This document shows, piece after piece, positions 1 to 9,529 of a DNA stretch of 49,283 nt; position 1 is the stretch's first letter, and every line of letters begins with the position of its first letter. The stretch comes from Candidatus Bathyarchaeota archaeon (GTDB taxonomy: Archaea > Thermoproteota > Bathyarchaeia > 40CM-2-53-6 > CALIRQ01): NCBI GenBank assembly GCA_028275385.1, contig JAPWUR010000001.1, forward strand, positions 1 to 49,283. The letters are read 5' to 3'. The notes under the pieces were generated by a model, which searched no databases, was not told the origin of the DNA, and saw only the letters and a list, made by a program, of their open reading frames with translations. The position numbers and the translations under genes are program-made.

Positions 1-296
1 GGGTTTACGTCTACACGTCCCCTTGTGAGGACTTCGGATTGGGGCCGCTTGAAGCCATGGCTTGCGGAACCCCGGCGGTCGTATGGGATCATGCCGGACC
101 GAGTGAAACTGTACTTGATGGCGTGACTGGATATAAAGCGAAACCGTACCAAATTGACGATTTTGCCGAGAAAGTCGTACATCTTCTGAACGATGTGAAC
201 CTAAATCGGAGGATGGCTGAGAATGCCATTGAGCATGTTAGGAGTAGGTACTCTTGGAAGAACCATATAGATATACTCGAGTCGATCATGAGCTAG
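1..296 (+). CDS. GT-B glycosyltransferase (family 1/4), C-terminal fragment; the 5' end lies outside the window
   Basis: Frame 3 is open from nt 3. Translation ...VYVYTSPCEDFGLGPLEAMACGTPAVVWDHAGPSETV... shows the EX7E-type C-terminal sugar-nucleotide binding motif of GT1/GT4 enzymes. Confidence 0.85.
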   Translation, partial: VYVYTSPCEDFGLGPLEAMACGTPAVVWDHAGPSETVLDGVTGYKAKPYQIDDFAEKVVHLLNDVNLNRRMAENAIEHVRSRYSWKNHIDILESIMS

Positions 297-423
297 GCAA
301 AAGAAACGTTCATGGTAGAAAATCAAGGAAGGGGCGTGTGGGAATCTTCGGCCAATCGTTCACATTTTCCTAAGCGAAGGGATCCATTGAACCAATCGGT
401 AAAGGGCGGAAAAGTTTATTAAA

Positions 424-1890
424 TTGACCTTTTCATCGGCGCTCCGATGGTCCTCCTTGGAGCCACGTAGGCGATCGATCATCCTGGCCTTGATCGCGCT
501 CTTAGGCCTACTCCTCAGGCTGGCCTTCCTAGGCCATAGAAGCCTCTACTCGGATGAGGCTTGGAGCTTCTCGGCCGCCAGCATGGGCCCCTTAGGCCTC
601 ATCTCCCCGGTGGCCTCCTACGATCTACATCCGCCGCTCTATTACATGATCCTGAGCGCCTTCCTAGCCCTAGGCAGGAGCGAGTTCGCCATCAGGCTCC
701 CGTCTGCGCTCTTTGGGACATTGACGATTCCCCCGGCCTACTGGCTTGGGAGGCGGTTCTTGGGAGAACGAGGAGGACTTCTGGTGGCGTTCCTTTTGGC
801 CATATCGCCCATGCACGTGCGCTATTCCCAAGAGGCCAGGATGTACCCCCTTATAACCCTCTTCGCCACCCTCTCCTTAATTTTCTTGCTGAGGGCGATG
901 GAGCGGGGAGGGGTTACCTCATGGGCCCTCTACGGGATCTCGGCGGCCCTGTGCCTTTATACGCACTATATAGCGTTCTTCGTCCTGTTGACGGAGGGCG
1001 TCCTAGTCCTTTGGATTTCGATGCGGAAGGGGCGCTTTGGAATCCCTAAGGGATTTTTGCTGGCAGGCGCCAGCGCCTTGGTCTCATTCGCCCCCTGGAT
1101 CTATTCAGCGCTCATCTTCCAAGTCCATAATACGCTCTTGGCGAAGAGGTCGCTTCTGATGGATCTCATTAGGCTACCGATCCATTTCTCATATTTCTTC
1201 CCGATAACAAGGATTGAGGATTTCGTGGCGCAGATCCCCGTTCCCTCGACCTTTGCGATATACATCTCCTCGCTCTTGGCCTGTGGCCTGCTGGCCCTCT
1301 GCGGGCTCCTCAGGGCCAAGGGGGATTGGCCCAAGATAGCCCTCTGCTGGATCGTCATGCCACCCCTCTCCGCTTTGCTAGTGCTCTATGTAGTCATCCG
1401 CGTCTGGCCTTGGAGGAGCGTTTACTACCTATTCGAACTCCCCATGTTCTTGACCCTGATGGCGAATGGGATACTTGGGCTTTCCAAGAGGAAGGCTTTG
1501 TCCCTAATGCTCATCGCCTTCCTGACGGCCTCATATGGGTTCGCGAATGCCATCAATTACCAGACCGAGGCGGAGAACTGGAGGGCAGCTGCCGCGTTCG
1601 TCGTGGCGAACTCGGCCCAGGGCGATTGTGTCGCGTTTGATAGGCCTTTTACCGAGGGGCCATTCAATTACTACGCAAAGGAAGCGGGTCCGTATCGCCT
1701 TAAGCTCGATCGGGTGAGCGCCGAGTACAAAAACTACGATCGGGTATGGATGGTCGTGGCCCATTATAAGGATCCCGATGAGTCAAGCGTTAAACGCTTC
1801 TTGGATGGACATTGCGAAAGGCTCGGGGCATGGAGGTTCGCCGGCCTCAATACCGATATATGGGTCTACCTCTACAAGCCCGGATCCTGA
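424..1890 (+). CDS. GT-C fold membrane glycosyltransferase, GT39/ArnT-like (PMT_2-type)
   Basis: 488-aa multi-span hydrophobic ORF. N-terminal pattern YSDEAWSF...LHPPLYY...RLPSALFG...SPMHVRYSQEARMY is typical of ArnT/PMT-like enzymes. TTG start; the exact start is uncertain because a TATA-like GTTTATTAAA sits only ~10 nt upstream. Confidence 0.7.
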   Translation: MTFSSALRWSSLEPRRRSIILALIALLGLLLRLAFLGHRSLYSDEAWSFSAASMGPLGLISPVASYDLHPPLYYMILSAFLALGRSEFAIRLPSALFGTLTIPPAYWLGRRFLGERGGLLVAFLLAISPMHVRYSQEARMYPLITLFATLSLIFLLRAMERGGVTSWALYGISAALCLYTHYIAFFVLLTEGVLVLWISMRKGRFGIPKGFLLAGASALVSFAPWIYSALIFQVHNTLLAKRSLLMDLIRLPIHFSYFFPITRIEDFVAQIPVPSTFAIYISSLLACGLLALCGLLRAKGDWPKIALCWIVMPPLSALLVLYVVIRVWPWRSVYYLFELPMFLTLMANGILGLSKRKALSLMLIAFLTASYGFANAINYQTEAENWRAAAAFVVANSAQGDCVAFDRPFTEGPFNYYAKEAGPYRLKLDRVSAEYKNYDRVWMVVAHYKDPDESSVKRFLDGHCERLGAWRFAGLNTDIWVYLYKPGS

Positions 1891-2188
1891 ACTAGTTAGT
1901 GAAGGGACTTCGCTGAGTTTCAGTCGATCCCGGGCGGGGCCCGCCTCATGGCCTTGGCCAAGGGCGCGGCCGCAATGGCCCCTAGGCCATTTGCCCGATG
2001 TTTACGGGGACCTCGGCGATCCCCGGCGAAGCACGGGATCGGGGCCGGGCGTAAAGGAGCCCGGGCATAAAGGCCTCCCCCGCGATCGATCCTCGGCTCA
2101 AGCCCCCCTCAAAACGGCCGGGCATTTGGCCGCCCATGGGAGGGATGGGGGCGAACCCTTTTTAGAGTCGGCGATCAAAGAAGGGCGC

Positions 2189-2392
2189 ATGCCGATCGTC
2201 CACGTATACGTTTGGAGGGGGTTCTCGGAGGAGGCCAAGAAAAGGGCCATGGCCGGCATAACCAAGGTCTTCGCCGATATGGGGATTCCCAAAGAGGCCG
2301 TCGAGGTCCTGATCCACGAGGTCCCGAAGGAGGATTGGGGGATTGGCGGCGAGCCGGCGAGCGAGAGGCTGAAGGGCTCGCGACCCCCGTAG
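2189..2392 (+). CDS. 4-oxalocrotonate tautomerase family protein
   Basis: Internal ATG of ORF 1778..2392. MPIVHVYVWRGFSEEAKKRAMAGITKVFADMGIPKEAVEVLIHEVPKEDWGIGG has the Pro-1 beta-alpha-beta tautomerase signature. The upstream part of the ORF is Pro/Gly/Arg-rich and is probably not translated. Confidence 0.8.
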   Translation: MPIVHVYVWRGFSEEAKKRAMAGITKVFADMGIPKEAVEVLIHEVPKEDWGIGGEPASERLKGSRPP

Positions 2393-2475
2393 GGGCGTGG
2401 GATCCCCCCTCAATCGGTATCGGCTCGACGATGAGCCCCCGCCTTCAACCTTATGGAGCGCTTCGGCGTTGGGCC

Positions 2476-3492
2476 TCAACCCTTAGCTTCGCCCCCATCT
2501 CCTTGGGCGGGAGGGGCTCCCCCTCCGATCCCCTTCAGCCTCCTCCATAGCCCGATCGGCCCGAGGGCCGCCGCCTCGGCGATCCTGCGGGCTTGCATAC
2601 CCCTGAGGAGGGCCCTGAGCTCCCGCTCCGCCCCATAGCCGATGGCCCAGCCATAGATCCATCCCCCCAGGCCGGCGAGTGCGACCAGCGGGCCCGGGGG
2701 CCTCAGGGCCGAGAGGGCGAATCGGCCGAGGAATAGGAGCGGGTGGTATCCCAGCATTCGGCAAGCGGCCCCCCTCCAGAACGCCTCCGCCAGCTTTCGG
2801 CCCAAGGGCTTCGAGCGGTCGGGCCTCAGGTGGAGGCACTTGGCCTCGGGGACTATCCGGATCCTCCAACCCCTCATAATCGCCCTTAAGGCCGTATAGG
2901 TATCCTCGGCCAGGACCTCGGGCATCCGGCCCCCCCAGCTGGCATCGAGCCAACAAGCCATCCGGAAGACCCTATTGCCGCCCCTCAAATCCCTGGTGGG
3001 CTCGTTGATGGTCCTTCCGGCGGCCAACCCGAGCTTGGGGTCGGAGGCGAACGCCTCCAAGAGCCTCTCGAAATAGCCATCGGCCAGCACGATGTCGGCA
3101 TCGATCTTGGCCAAATAATCGAAGGCCGATAGGTCCACCGCCGATATGGCGTAATTGAAGGCCTCCGCGATCGGGATGCCGTGGGCGCGCCCCCTCGGGG
3201 CCCTGGGCCTCCTGAGGACCCATATGCCCTCCCGTCGATCGGAATACGATCGGGCCAGCTCATACGTCCCATCGGAGCTCCCGTCGTCGACGATCAGGAT
3301 CGAAAGGCCTGGCAAGGATTGTGCCAGGAGAGCGTCGAGGCATTTCGCCAGATAGGGGCGCTCGTCCTTGGCGCAGACTATGGCCAATATCCTCGGCCCC
3401 GAGCCCATGGGCCCTCGACCATACGGGTTTAATGGGGATCGCCTTGTTAAGGGCTTGGGAAGGGGGTCGGGGCGCCATGGGCCCTGGGCCAT
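2476..3492 (-). CDS. glycosyltransferase family 2
   Basis: RILAIVCAKDERPYLAKCLDALLAQSLPGLSILIVDDGSSDGT is a GT2 GT-A fold N-terminus with a DxD-type motif. The more likely start is the internal Met at 3408 (MGSGPRILAIV). Confidence 0.8.
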   Translation of the reverse strand: MAQGPWRPDPLPKPLTRRSPLNPYGRGPMGSGPRILAIVCAKDERPYLAKCLDALLAQSLPGLSILIVDDGSSDGTYELARSYSDRREGIWVLRRPRAPRGRAHGIPIAEAFNYAISAVDLSAFDYLAKIDADIVLADGYFERLLEAFASDPKLGLAAGRTINEPTRDLRGGNRVFRMACWLDASWGGRMPEVLAEDTYTALRAIMRGWRIRIVPEAKCLHLRPDRSKPLGRKLAEAFWRGAACRMLGYHPLLFLGRFALSALRPPGPLVALAGLGGWIYGWAIGYGAERELRALLRGMQARRIAEAAALGPIGLWRRLKGIGGGAPPAQGDGGEAKG

Positions 3493-3619
3493 GGGGCATT
3501 TTTAAAAGCGAACCCGATGGATTGCGCGCCGAGGTGAGGGGGGATAGGGGGGTTCCACCCAGGAGGCCGATTGGCGAGGATCCCCTTCCGGATCGGCCCC
3601 CTTTGGATCGTGATCGAAC

Positions 3620-5113
3620 TTGGCTGGGGATAGGATAAGGCTCTATTATTCGGGCATGGCCGTATTCGGGGCGAGGCTATTGAGCGCCCTGACGGGCTTG
3701 GCCTTCACGCTCATCGTCACCAGGAACCTGGCCGTCGCCGAGTTCGGCGTATGGCAATATTTGAGCGCCCTCTTCTCCTATTTCGCATTCCCCGCGGGCC
3801 TCTTGACCTTTTGGGCCACGAGGCTCTATGCCAGGGGCCAGGAGGTCGGCAGGACGGCCCTATTGGGCAATTTGGCGCTATCGATGCCCCTCGCGCTGGC
3901 CTTCGCCCTCTCCGCCGGGCCAGCGTCGGGCATCATAGCCGCCGACCCGGCCTACTTCTATTTGCTAAGCCTCCAATTCCCGCTTTATTACGCGGCGACG
4001 ATGCTCGATGCGCTCGCGATGGGCAGGAGGCCCCAGCTGATCGGCTATGGGATTGCGGCCTTCGAATTGGCCAAGGTGGCCCTGGCCCTATTGGCCTTCG
4101 GGGCCCTGCGGCTGGGCTTGACCGGGGCCATCGGGGCGGTCATCGGCGCCTACGCCGCCCAAGCGGCCCTCATGGCCCGGCTTCAGGCGCCGGCGCTCTC
4201 GGGCCGGGCGGACCTGGGGCTATTGAGGGCCCTCTACGCCCGCATATGGTTCCCGCTCTTGCTATCCCTGCCCTACTTCATATCCACCTTGGACGCGTTC
4301 GCCCTGGCCCTGGTTTCCAGGTCCGCCGAGGCCTTGGCCTTCCACAAGGTCGCCTATTCCGCGGCCATGTTCGGCATGAATACGGCATACCTATCCATAG
4401 GCCTATACCCCAAGCTATTGGCCGGCGGGGGCGGCGTGGATGTCGAAAGGGCGCTGAGGCTCTCCCTGATGATCTCCATACCGGCCTCGGTGGGCCTATT
4501 CGCGATGGCCGGGCCCATACTCCATATATTCAAGCGCGAATACGAATCGGCGGCGCCGCTCCTCATGGCCATGGCCCCGTTGGCCGTCTCGGCATCGCTG
4601 AACAATATCTGGAGCTCCGCGATAGCCGGATCGGAGAGGGTCGATGTCGATATCAACGCATCGGCGAGGGCTCTTTTGAGGAGCAGGCTGATGGCCTGGC
4701 CGACCCTCTCGCTCGCCCGGGGCCTCCTATCGATCGCGCTCGTGGCGGCCCTCGCGGCCCTATTGCCCAGCCTCCTCGCTTGGCCCTACCCGCTCTCGGC
4801 CGCGTTCGGCTGCTCGCTCGCGAACCTGATCGCGGATGCCTCCACAGCGGCCGCGGGATATCGGATGGCCAAAAGGAGCCTTGAGTTCCGCCTCCCCAGC
4901 CGGGCGATCGCCAAATACCTATTGGCATCGATCCCCATGGGGGCCTGCGTCTGGCTCCTCAGGCCCGAGAGGACCCCCGAGGCCCTGGGGGCGATCGCCA
5001 TCGGCGCCGCGGTATACTCGGCGGCGCTGGCATCGATCGATGGGGAGTTCAGGGGTTTGTTGAGGTGGCTCGCGAGGGCGGCCTCGGGATCGATCGGCCC
5101 CAAGGCCGGCTAG
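3620..5113 (+). CDS. polysaccharide/oligosaccharide flippase (MOP superfamily, Wzx-like)
   Basis: 497-aa polytopic membrane ORF. The N-terminus GARLLSALTGLAFTLIVTRNLAVAEFGVWQ is typical of Polysacc_synt-family flippases. It sits among glycosyltransferase genes. Confidence 0.7.
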   Translation: MAGDRIRLYYSGMAVFGARLLSALTGLAFTLIVTRNLAVAEFGVWQYLSALFSYFAFPAGLLTFWATRLYARGQEVGRTALLGNLALSMPLALAFALSAGPASGIIAADPAYFYLLSLQFPLYYAATMLDALAMGRRPQLIGYGIAAFELAKVALALLAFGALRLGLTGAIGAVIGAYAAQAALMARLQAPALSGRADLGLLRALYARIWFPLLLSLPYFISTLDAFALALVSRSAEALAFHKVAYSAAMFGMNTAYLSIGLYPKLLAGGGGVDVERALRLSLMISIPASVGLFAMAGPILHIFKREYESAAPLLMAMAPLAVSASLNNIWSSAIAGSERVDVDINASARALLRSRLMAWPTLSLARGLLSIALVAALAALLPSLLAWPYPLSAAFGCSLANLIADASTAAAGYRMAKRSLEFRLPSRAIAKYLLASIPMGACVWLLRPERTPEALGAIAIGAAVYSAALASIDGEFRGLLRWLARAASGSIGPKAG

Positions 5114-6114
5114 CCCATTTCGATCAATTCGTAATCGAGGCTCCCGAGGCCCAAACCCTCCGCGAACCTCAGGTGGGCTCTGGCATCGACCCCGAATATC
5201 TCAGCGAAGGACCTCCCCATCTTGCCCTCCATCAGATCCGCCGACGCCGCATCGATCGCCACGGGATCGTTGGATATCAATATCCCAACGTCCTCGCATA
5301 TGATCGGCAGGGCGTTCACCGCGCAATCGCAATACTTCGTGATCTTCAGGGCCACGTTTACGTAAAGCCCCTCCTTGCCCATCAGGCAAGCCTTCGCCCC
5401 CAGCGCCAGGAGGAGGTTGAAATCGCCCGCCCTATAGGAGAGGGCCCCCCGCGGGCACCCCCTCACGCAGCGCCCGCATCCCAAGCAGGCGCCGTAATCG
5501 ATGCTCCAATCCCCCCGGACCCTCAGGGCCCTTTCGCCATGTGCCCCCTCGGATGGGCAAAGCGCCTCGCATGTCCCGCAGAGGTCGCACCTCCCCCTAT
5601 CCACGACGGGCTTCCCCCCATCGTGTATGTACCCCTTGCTCCTATTCGATAGGCCGCCCATTCCGAAGTTCTTTATGGTTGCGCCCAACGCCGTTATCAC
5701 ATGGCCCTTGGCATGGGAAACTCCGACCGCGCTTTTGGAGCGATATAGCTCCTCCGCGACCTCGAAGGAATGCCCGCCCGCTTCCACGTTGACCCCATCA
5801 TTGCCTATGACTATGGGGTAGCCCAATCCCCCGAAGCCGTTCATGATGGCCGTCTCCAAGTACTTCTCCTTCGTATCCCGGCCCCCCTCATAGCAGGGCA
5901 GCGTATCGAAGAGGAAGGGCCTCGCGCCAGCGCGGCTCAGCTCATCGCATATGGATTTCACTATCCGGGGGGAGACGTACCACCTGTTCCCGCGCTCCCC
6001 CATATGGAGCTTGACCGGTAAGTCCTCCCCGCGGAACCGCTCGAGGCCGAAGGCCTTCAGGGCCCTCGGAAGCGCCTCGATGCGATCGGCCGGGATGAAG
6101 GCGACCTCGCTCAC
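5110..6114 (-). CDS. DUF362 domain protein with inserted 2x[4Fe-4S] ferredoxin domain
   Basis: Two CxxCxxCxxxCP clusters (CDLCGTCEALCP, CLGCGRCVRGCP) lie within a DUF362-like frame. Its stop codon shares the palindrome CTAG (5110-5113) with the flippase stop. Confidence 0.7.
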   Translation of the reverse strand: MSEVAFIPADRIEALPRALKAFGLERFRGEDLPVKLHMGERGNRWYVSPRIVKSICDELSRAGARPFLFDTLPCYEGGRDTKEKYLETAIMNGFGGLGYPIVIGNDGVNVEAGGHSFEVAEELYRSKSAVGVSHAKGHVITALGATIKNFGMGGLSNRSKGYIHDGGKPVVDRGRCDLCGTCEALCPSEGAHGERALRVRGDWSIDYGACLGCGRCVRGCPRGALSYRAGDFNLLLALGAKACLMGKEGLYVNVALKITKYCDCAVNALPIICEDVGILISNDPVAIDAASADLMEGKMGRSFAEIFGVDARAHLRFAEGLGLGSLDYELIEMG

Positions 6115-6154
6115 GTGCCAACCATATGATCCCGATGGATAAAAAGCGTTGGGG

Positions 6155-7240
6155 CTACGTGAGCACCTCCCGGAGCCTCCCCTCCCTAAGCGCCTCCTTG
6201 ATCTCCAGGGCTATCCTCCTGCCGGTGTACATCCATTCCCCGTGCTTCAGGTACGCGTAGGGCGACGTCCCTATCTCGACGTTCGTCCCGGCGACGATCC
6301 TCGCCGATATCTCGAACGCGAATATCTCGAGATCCTCCGTGACTATCGTCTCCAAGCAGAAGGGGCCTATGATCCCCGGCGGGGCCAACTCCTTCGCCGC
6401 CCTTTGCACGGCATCGCCCATCCTGAGGAACTCCGGCAGGAGGGACTCCCTTAGCGTTATGGGTATGTTGCCCACTATGGTATAAGTGGGGGCGATATCC
6501 GCCTCGAGCTGCTCGCGGGCCGGGATCCTGCCTATGGCGTCGACGGACGATTCGTATCGCTTATCGAACCCGAGCAGCTCGACCTCCCCCCTTATTATGG
6601 AGGAGAAATAATGCGGGTAAACGTTGACCCCCAGAACGTACTCCTGCAAATGGATCCTCTCGAGATCCCCCTCCTCCAGCAGGCCGCGGCCGATCATCTC
6701 CCCGACCCTCCTATGGAAGGATTCGGGCGAGTTGGCTATGAAATACCCCCTCCCTCCCCTCGCCCCGGGCAGTTTCGCTATGATGGGGCGATCTATCTCC
6801 TCCGGCCCCTTGAACGACCTCGGCAACCTTAGCCCCGCCCTCCTCAACCACTCCTCCTGGCTCACCCGGCTGACCTCCCAGCGGAGCAGGTGGCGGTTCC
6901 CGAACATTGGGACGCGGAGCTCATCGGCCAATCTCTCCGCGCTGATGTAGGCCGTGAAGGATCCATGCGGGACCAGCACGGCGTTCATCCCCCTCAGCCT
7001 CTCCTGCACCCCCTCCTCCAATATCTCGGAGGGGTCCTCCACGATTATCACCTCATCCGCGAGCGGGAACCTTTCGTAGACTATGGCGTCGTCCTCCTCG
7101 CAAATGCAAACCGTCCTGAAGCCCTCCTCCTTGGCGCCCTTGAATATATTCAGCGCCGAATGGGAGCCGATCGTCCCTATGGTCAGCCTCGACGGGTCGT
7201 ATCCGCTTATTATCTCGGCCAAGTCCTCCCGGGCGATCAT
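6155..7240 (-). CDS. purP: 5-formaminoimidazole-4-carboxamide ribonucleotide (FAICAR) synthetase PurP, paralog 2 (ATP-grasp)
   Basis: Starts MIAREDLAEIISGYDPSRLTIGTIGSHSALNIFKGAKEEGF, colinear with the upstream paralog. ATG at 7240-7238 overlaps the upstream stop as ATGA. The longer ORF to 7477 would overlap the neighbour by ~240 nt. Confidence 0.85.
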   Translation of the reverse strand: MIAREDLAEIISGYDPSRLTIGTIGSHSALNIFKGAKEEGFRTVCICEEDDAIVYERFPLADEVIIVEDPSEILEEGVQERLRGMNAVLVPHGSFTAYISAERLADELRVPMFGNRHLLRWEVSRVSQEEWLRRAGLRLPRSFKGPEEIDRPIIAKLPGARGGRGYFIANSPESFHRRVGEMIGRGLLEEGDLERIHLQEYVLGVNVYPHYFSSIIRGEVELLGFDKRYESSVDAIGRIPAREQLEADIAPTYTIVGNIPITLRESLLPEFLRMGDAVQRAAKELAPPGIIGPFCLETIVTEDLEIFAFEISARIVAGTNVEIGTSPYAYLKHGEWMYTGRRIALEIKEALREGRLREVLT

Positions 7241-8349
7241 GTCACTATATCCCCGAGCCTGCCCATCTCGACGGCGCGCCTTATCTCCATGGCCACCCTC
7301 CTCCCCGGGCCGACCTCCATGCCGTATTTGTACTTCATATAGGGGGAGGTGGGCTCGACGCATGGGCATCCGGGGACCCTCGGGCTTACGTCGAAGACGT
7401 AAAATTCCAAGTCCTTCGTGATGGCCCCCTGAAGGGCGAATAGCCCGATTATGCCCGGCGGGTACTCCCTTTTGCAAACCTCGACGAATCGCTCGCCCGC
7501 CTCGAATATCTTCTCCAGCTGGCTCTCCCGTATCGTAACCCCGAAGTGCCCTATCTCTATGTTCTGGGTCACTATCCCCAGCTCCAGTTGCTCCTCCGCC
7601 GGCAGGTCCAAGACGCCATCCAGGTTCGTTTGTATCCTCTTATCGAGCCCCAATAGGTCCAATTCATCCGATAGGGGGGACCAAAAGAAGTTGGCGTTGA
7701 ACTTCGCGCCCACGACGTACTCCTCTATGACGGCCCTCTCCAGGGCCTCCGGGCTTATGATCCCCCTCCTAATGCGCTCCTCGGCCTTCCTCTCGAACTC
7801 GCTCGGCGATGACGCGTAGAAGAAGGCCCTCTCCATGGCCCTCTCCCTCTCCGGGACCTTCACTATGGCCAGGCGATCTATCTCCCTATGGGATTTGAAG
7901 ACCCTTGGGGTCGCTATCCCCGCCTCCCTCAACAAATAATATTGATCCCTGGGGATGCCCCGCTCCTCCACCTTGAGCATGTACCTATTGCCCATTATCG
8001 GCACCGCGAACCCCCCCTCTATGTCCTCGTATCCCACGTATACTGAGAACGACCTATTCGGGACGAAGATCGTATATAGCTCCCTCAGCCTCCTCAAATT
8101 CTCCTCCTTCATAACGTCCCTGAACCTATCCAAGAGGAGGATGTGATCGAAGAGGTTCCTATAGTATTTGGCGTAAGTTTTCTCCCGGCCCCTTTGGCAG
8201 ACCACCACGGTCTCGAAGCCCTCCTGCTTCGCGCCGTGCGCTATCTCCAAGGCCGAGTGGGAGCCGAGGACGCCTATCCTGATCCTTCGCTCATCGTAAT
8301 TGGAGAGGATCTCCTCGATCTCCTTTCTCCCGATCAAGCCCAGCCGCAC
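7237..8349 (-). CDS. purP: FAICAR synthetase PurP, paralog 1 (ATP-grasp)
   Basis: MRLGLIGRKEIEEILSNYDERRIRIGVLGSHSALEIAHGAKQEGFETVVVCQ... is the archaeal PurP family pattern over 370 aa. Confidence 0.85.
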   Translation of the reverse strand: MRLGLIGRKEIEEILSNYDERRIRIGVLGSHSALEIAHGAKQEGFETVVVCQRGREKTYAKYYRNLFDHILLLDRFRDVMKEENLRRLRELYTIFVPNRSFSVYVGYEDIEGGFAVPIMGNRYMLKVEERGIPRDQYYLLREAGIATPRVFKSHREIDRLAIVKVPERERAMERAFFYASSPSEFERKAEERIRRGIISPEALERAVIEEYVVGAKFNANFFWSPLSDELDLLGLDKRIQTNLDGVLDLPAEEQLELGIVTQNIEIGHFGVTIRESQLEKIFEAGERFVEVCKREYPPGIIGLFALQGAITKDLEFYVFDVSPRVPGCPCVEPTSPYMKYKYGMEVGPGRRVAMEIRRAVEMGRLGDIVT

Positions 8350-9392
8350 CTGTATTCCCTATATTCCCTCACGACCTCATGGAGCCTTGGGACGTCGAAC
8401 ATCCTCCTCCCGGTCATATCGTTCGCCGCCGCCATATACATTTGGCTCATTATCCCCCTCAACCTCGGATCGAGCCTCGGCGGCTCCGTTTTGACGAGGG
8501 CCCTCCAATCCCTCACGCCCTCCGCCGCGGCCCTCCTCTTCGCCTCCTCGACCTCCCTGGCCCACTCCGTTCCCCTATAGAATATGCGCGCCACCTCCTT
8601 GCTCACGTGCAGCCCATCGTACGTGAACCTGCATTCGTCGAGCGTGCCAACCACGTCGGCCACCATGAGCCTCCTCATTGGGTCGAAGGCCAGCTCGACC
8701 TTCCCGTCCTCGTTCATCAATCCAGCCCTCCCGGCGATCTCGGTGATCTCCTCATCGATCCTCAGGAGCAGGGCCTTGATATCCTCCAACTCTCCATCCG
8801 TCAGGCCGGAGATCCGCTGCGCCTCCTCCCAGCTCAAATACCTATCGCCCTCCTCCAGCTTCGTGCTGACGTCGAAGATGGGCCTCGGGAGCCTCTCCCC
8901 GGCCCGAGGGGGGCGATCCAAGCCGAGCTCCTCGAGCTTGATCAACCCCATCTCGAGCCTCTTCAAGAGCGAGGAGCCCTCTGGGAGGGCATTGCGATAT
9001 ATTATCTCGAGCGGGATCAGGAAGTTCCTAAGGGAGGGCGTATACATGCCATAATCGTACCTAAGCCTCCCGCCCTCGATATAGGCCCTCGGCCTATAGA
9101 CGTTGACGAGGTTGAACTCCATTACGTTCGTGGGCCGATCCAATTCATCGAAGCGAACGAGGCGCCCCCGCGCGTCCACGAGGCCGCGGTAATGCGTCCT
9201 GATGCCCTTCCCCTCCAACCTCTCGAAGCAATAGGCGCCCATCAGGCATAGCGCGGCGCCCTTGCCATCTATCCTATCCGGCATCTCCCCCCAATCGAAG
9301 ACCGAGTATCGATCGGAGAAGAGGAACCGCCCTATGCCCATCTCATCGCGCGTCGGCCCCTTGATCACCTCCAGATCCTTAACGCTCCCCAT
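8334..9392 (-). CDS. purC: phosphoribosylaminoimidazole-succinocarboxamide (SAICAR) synthase
   Basis: MGSVKDLEVIKGPTRDEMGIGRFLFSDRYSVFDWGEMPD is a PurC N-terminal signature. GGAGGGGAT lies directly before the ATG. The gene overlaps purP by 16 nt. Confidence 0.85.
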   Translation of the reverse strand: MGSVKDLEVIKGPTRDEMGIGRFLFSDRYSVFDWGEMPDRIDGKGAALCLMGAYCFERLEGKGIRTHYRGLVDARGRLVRFDELDRPTNVMEFNLVNVYRPRAYIEGGRLRYDYGMYTPSLRNFLIPLEIIYRNALPEGSSLLKRLEMGLIKLEELGLDRPPRAGERLPRPIFDVSTKLEEGDRYLSWEEAQRISGLTDGELEDIKALLLRIDEEITEIAGRAGLMNEDGKVELAFDPMRRLMVADVVGTLDECRFTYDGLHVSKEVARIFYRGTEWAREVEEAKRRAAAEGVRDWRALVKTEPPRLDPRLRGIMSQMYMAAANDMTGRRMFDVPRLHEVVREYREYRCGWA

Positions 9393-9529
9393 ATCCCCTC
9401 CGCTCGGCCCCCGTGAATTTGGCCAGCGATGGCCCTTAAAAACCCCACCTCGGCCGGGGTGCGGATCGGCTTCTCAGCCAGGCGATTTGGCGCGTTCGCC
9501 GGGCCGCGGGAGCGCGCTATGGGAGCCGA

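Noticed and set aside
3751-4884. 377-aa same-strand, off-frame ORF inside the flippase gene.
   Set aside because: Arg/Gly/Pro-rich composition with no domain signature. It is an alternative frame of a GC-rich membrane-protein gene.
5110-5113. Flippase and DUF362 genes share the palindrome CTAG as the stop codon on both strands.
   Set aside because: This is a consequence of tight convergent packing, with no evidence of functional significance.
7241-7477. 5' extension of the second purP ORF. Analogous extensions occur at 32511..32597 (tuf), 19655..19858 (truD), 39751..39870 (aspartate kinase), 1778..2188 (tautomerase), 18902..19033 (DUF2721) and 35703..35837 (M50 protease).
   Set aside because: The extensions are not family-like and overlap upstream genes or other features. 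Internal starts coincide with conserved protein N-termini and, in several cases, with an SD-like GGAGG or an ATGA overlap.
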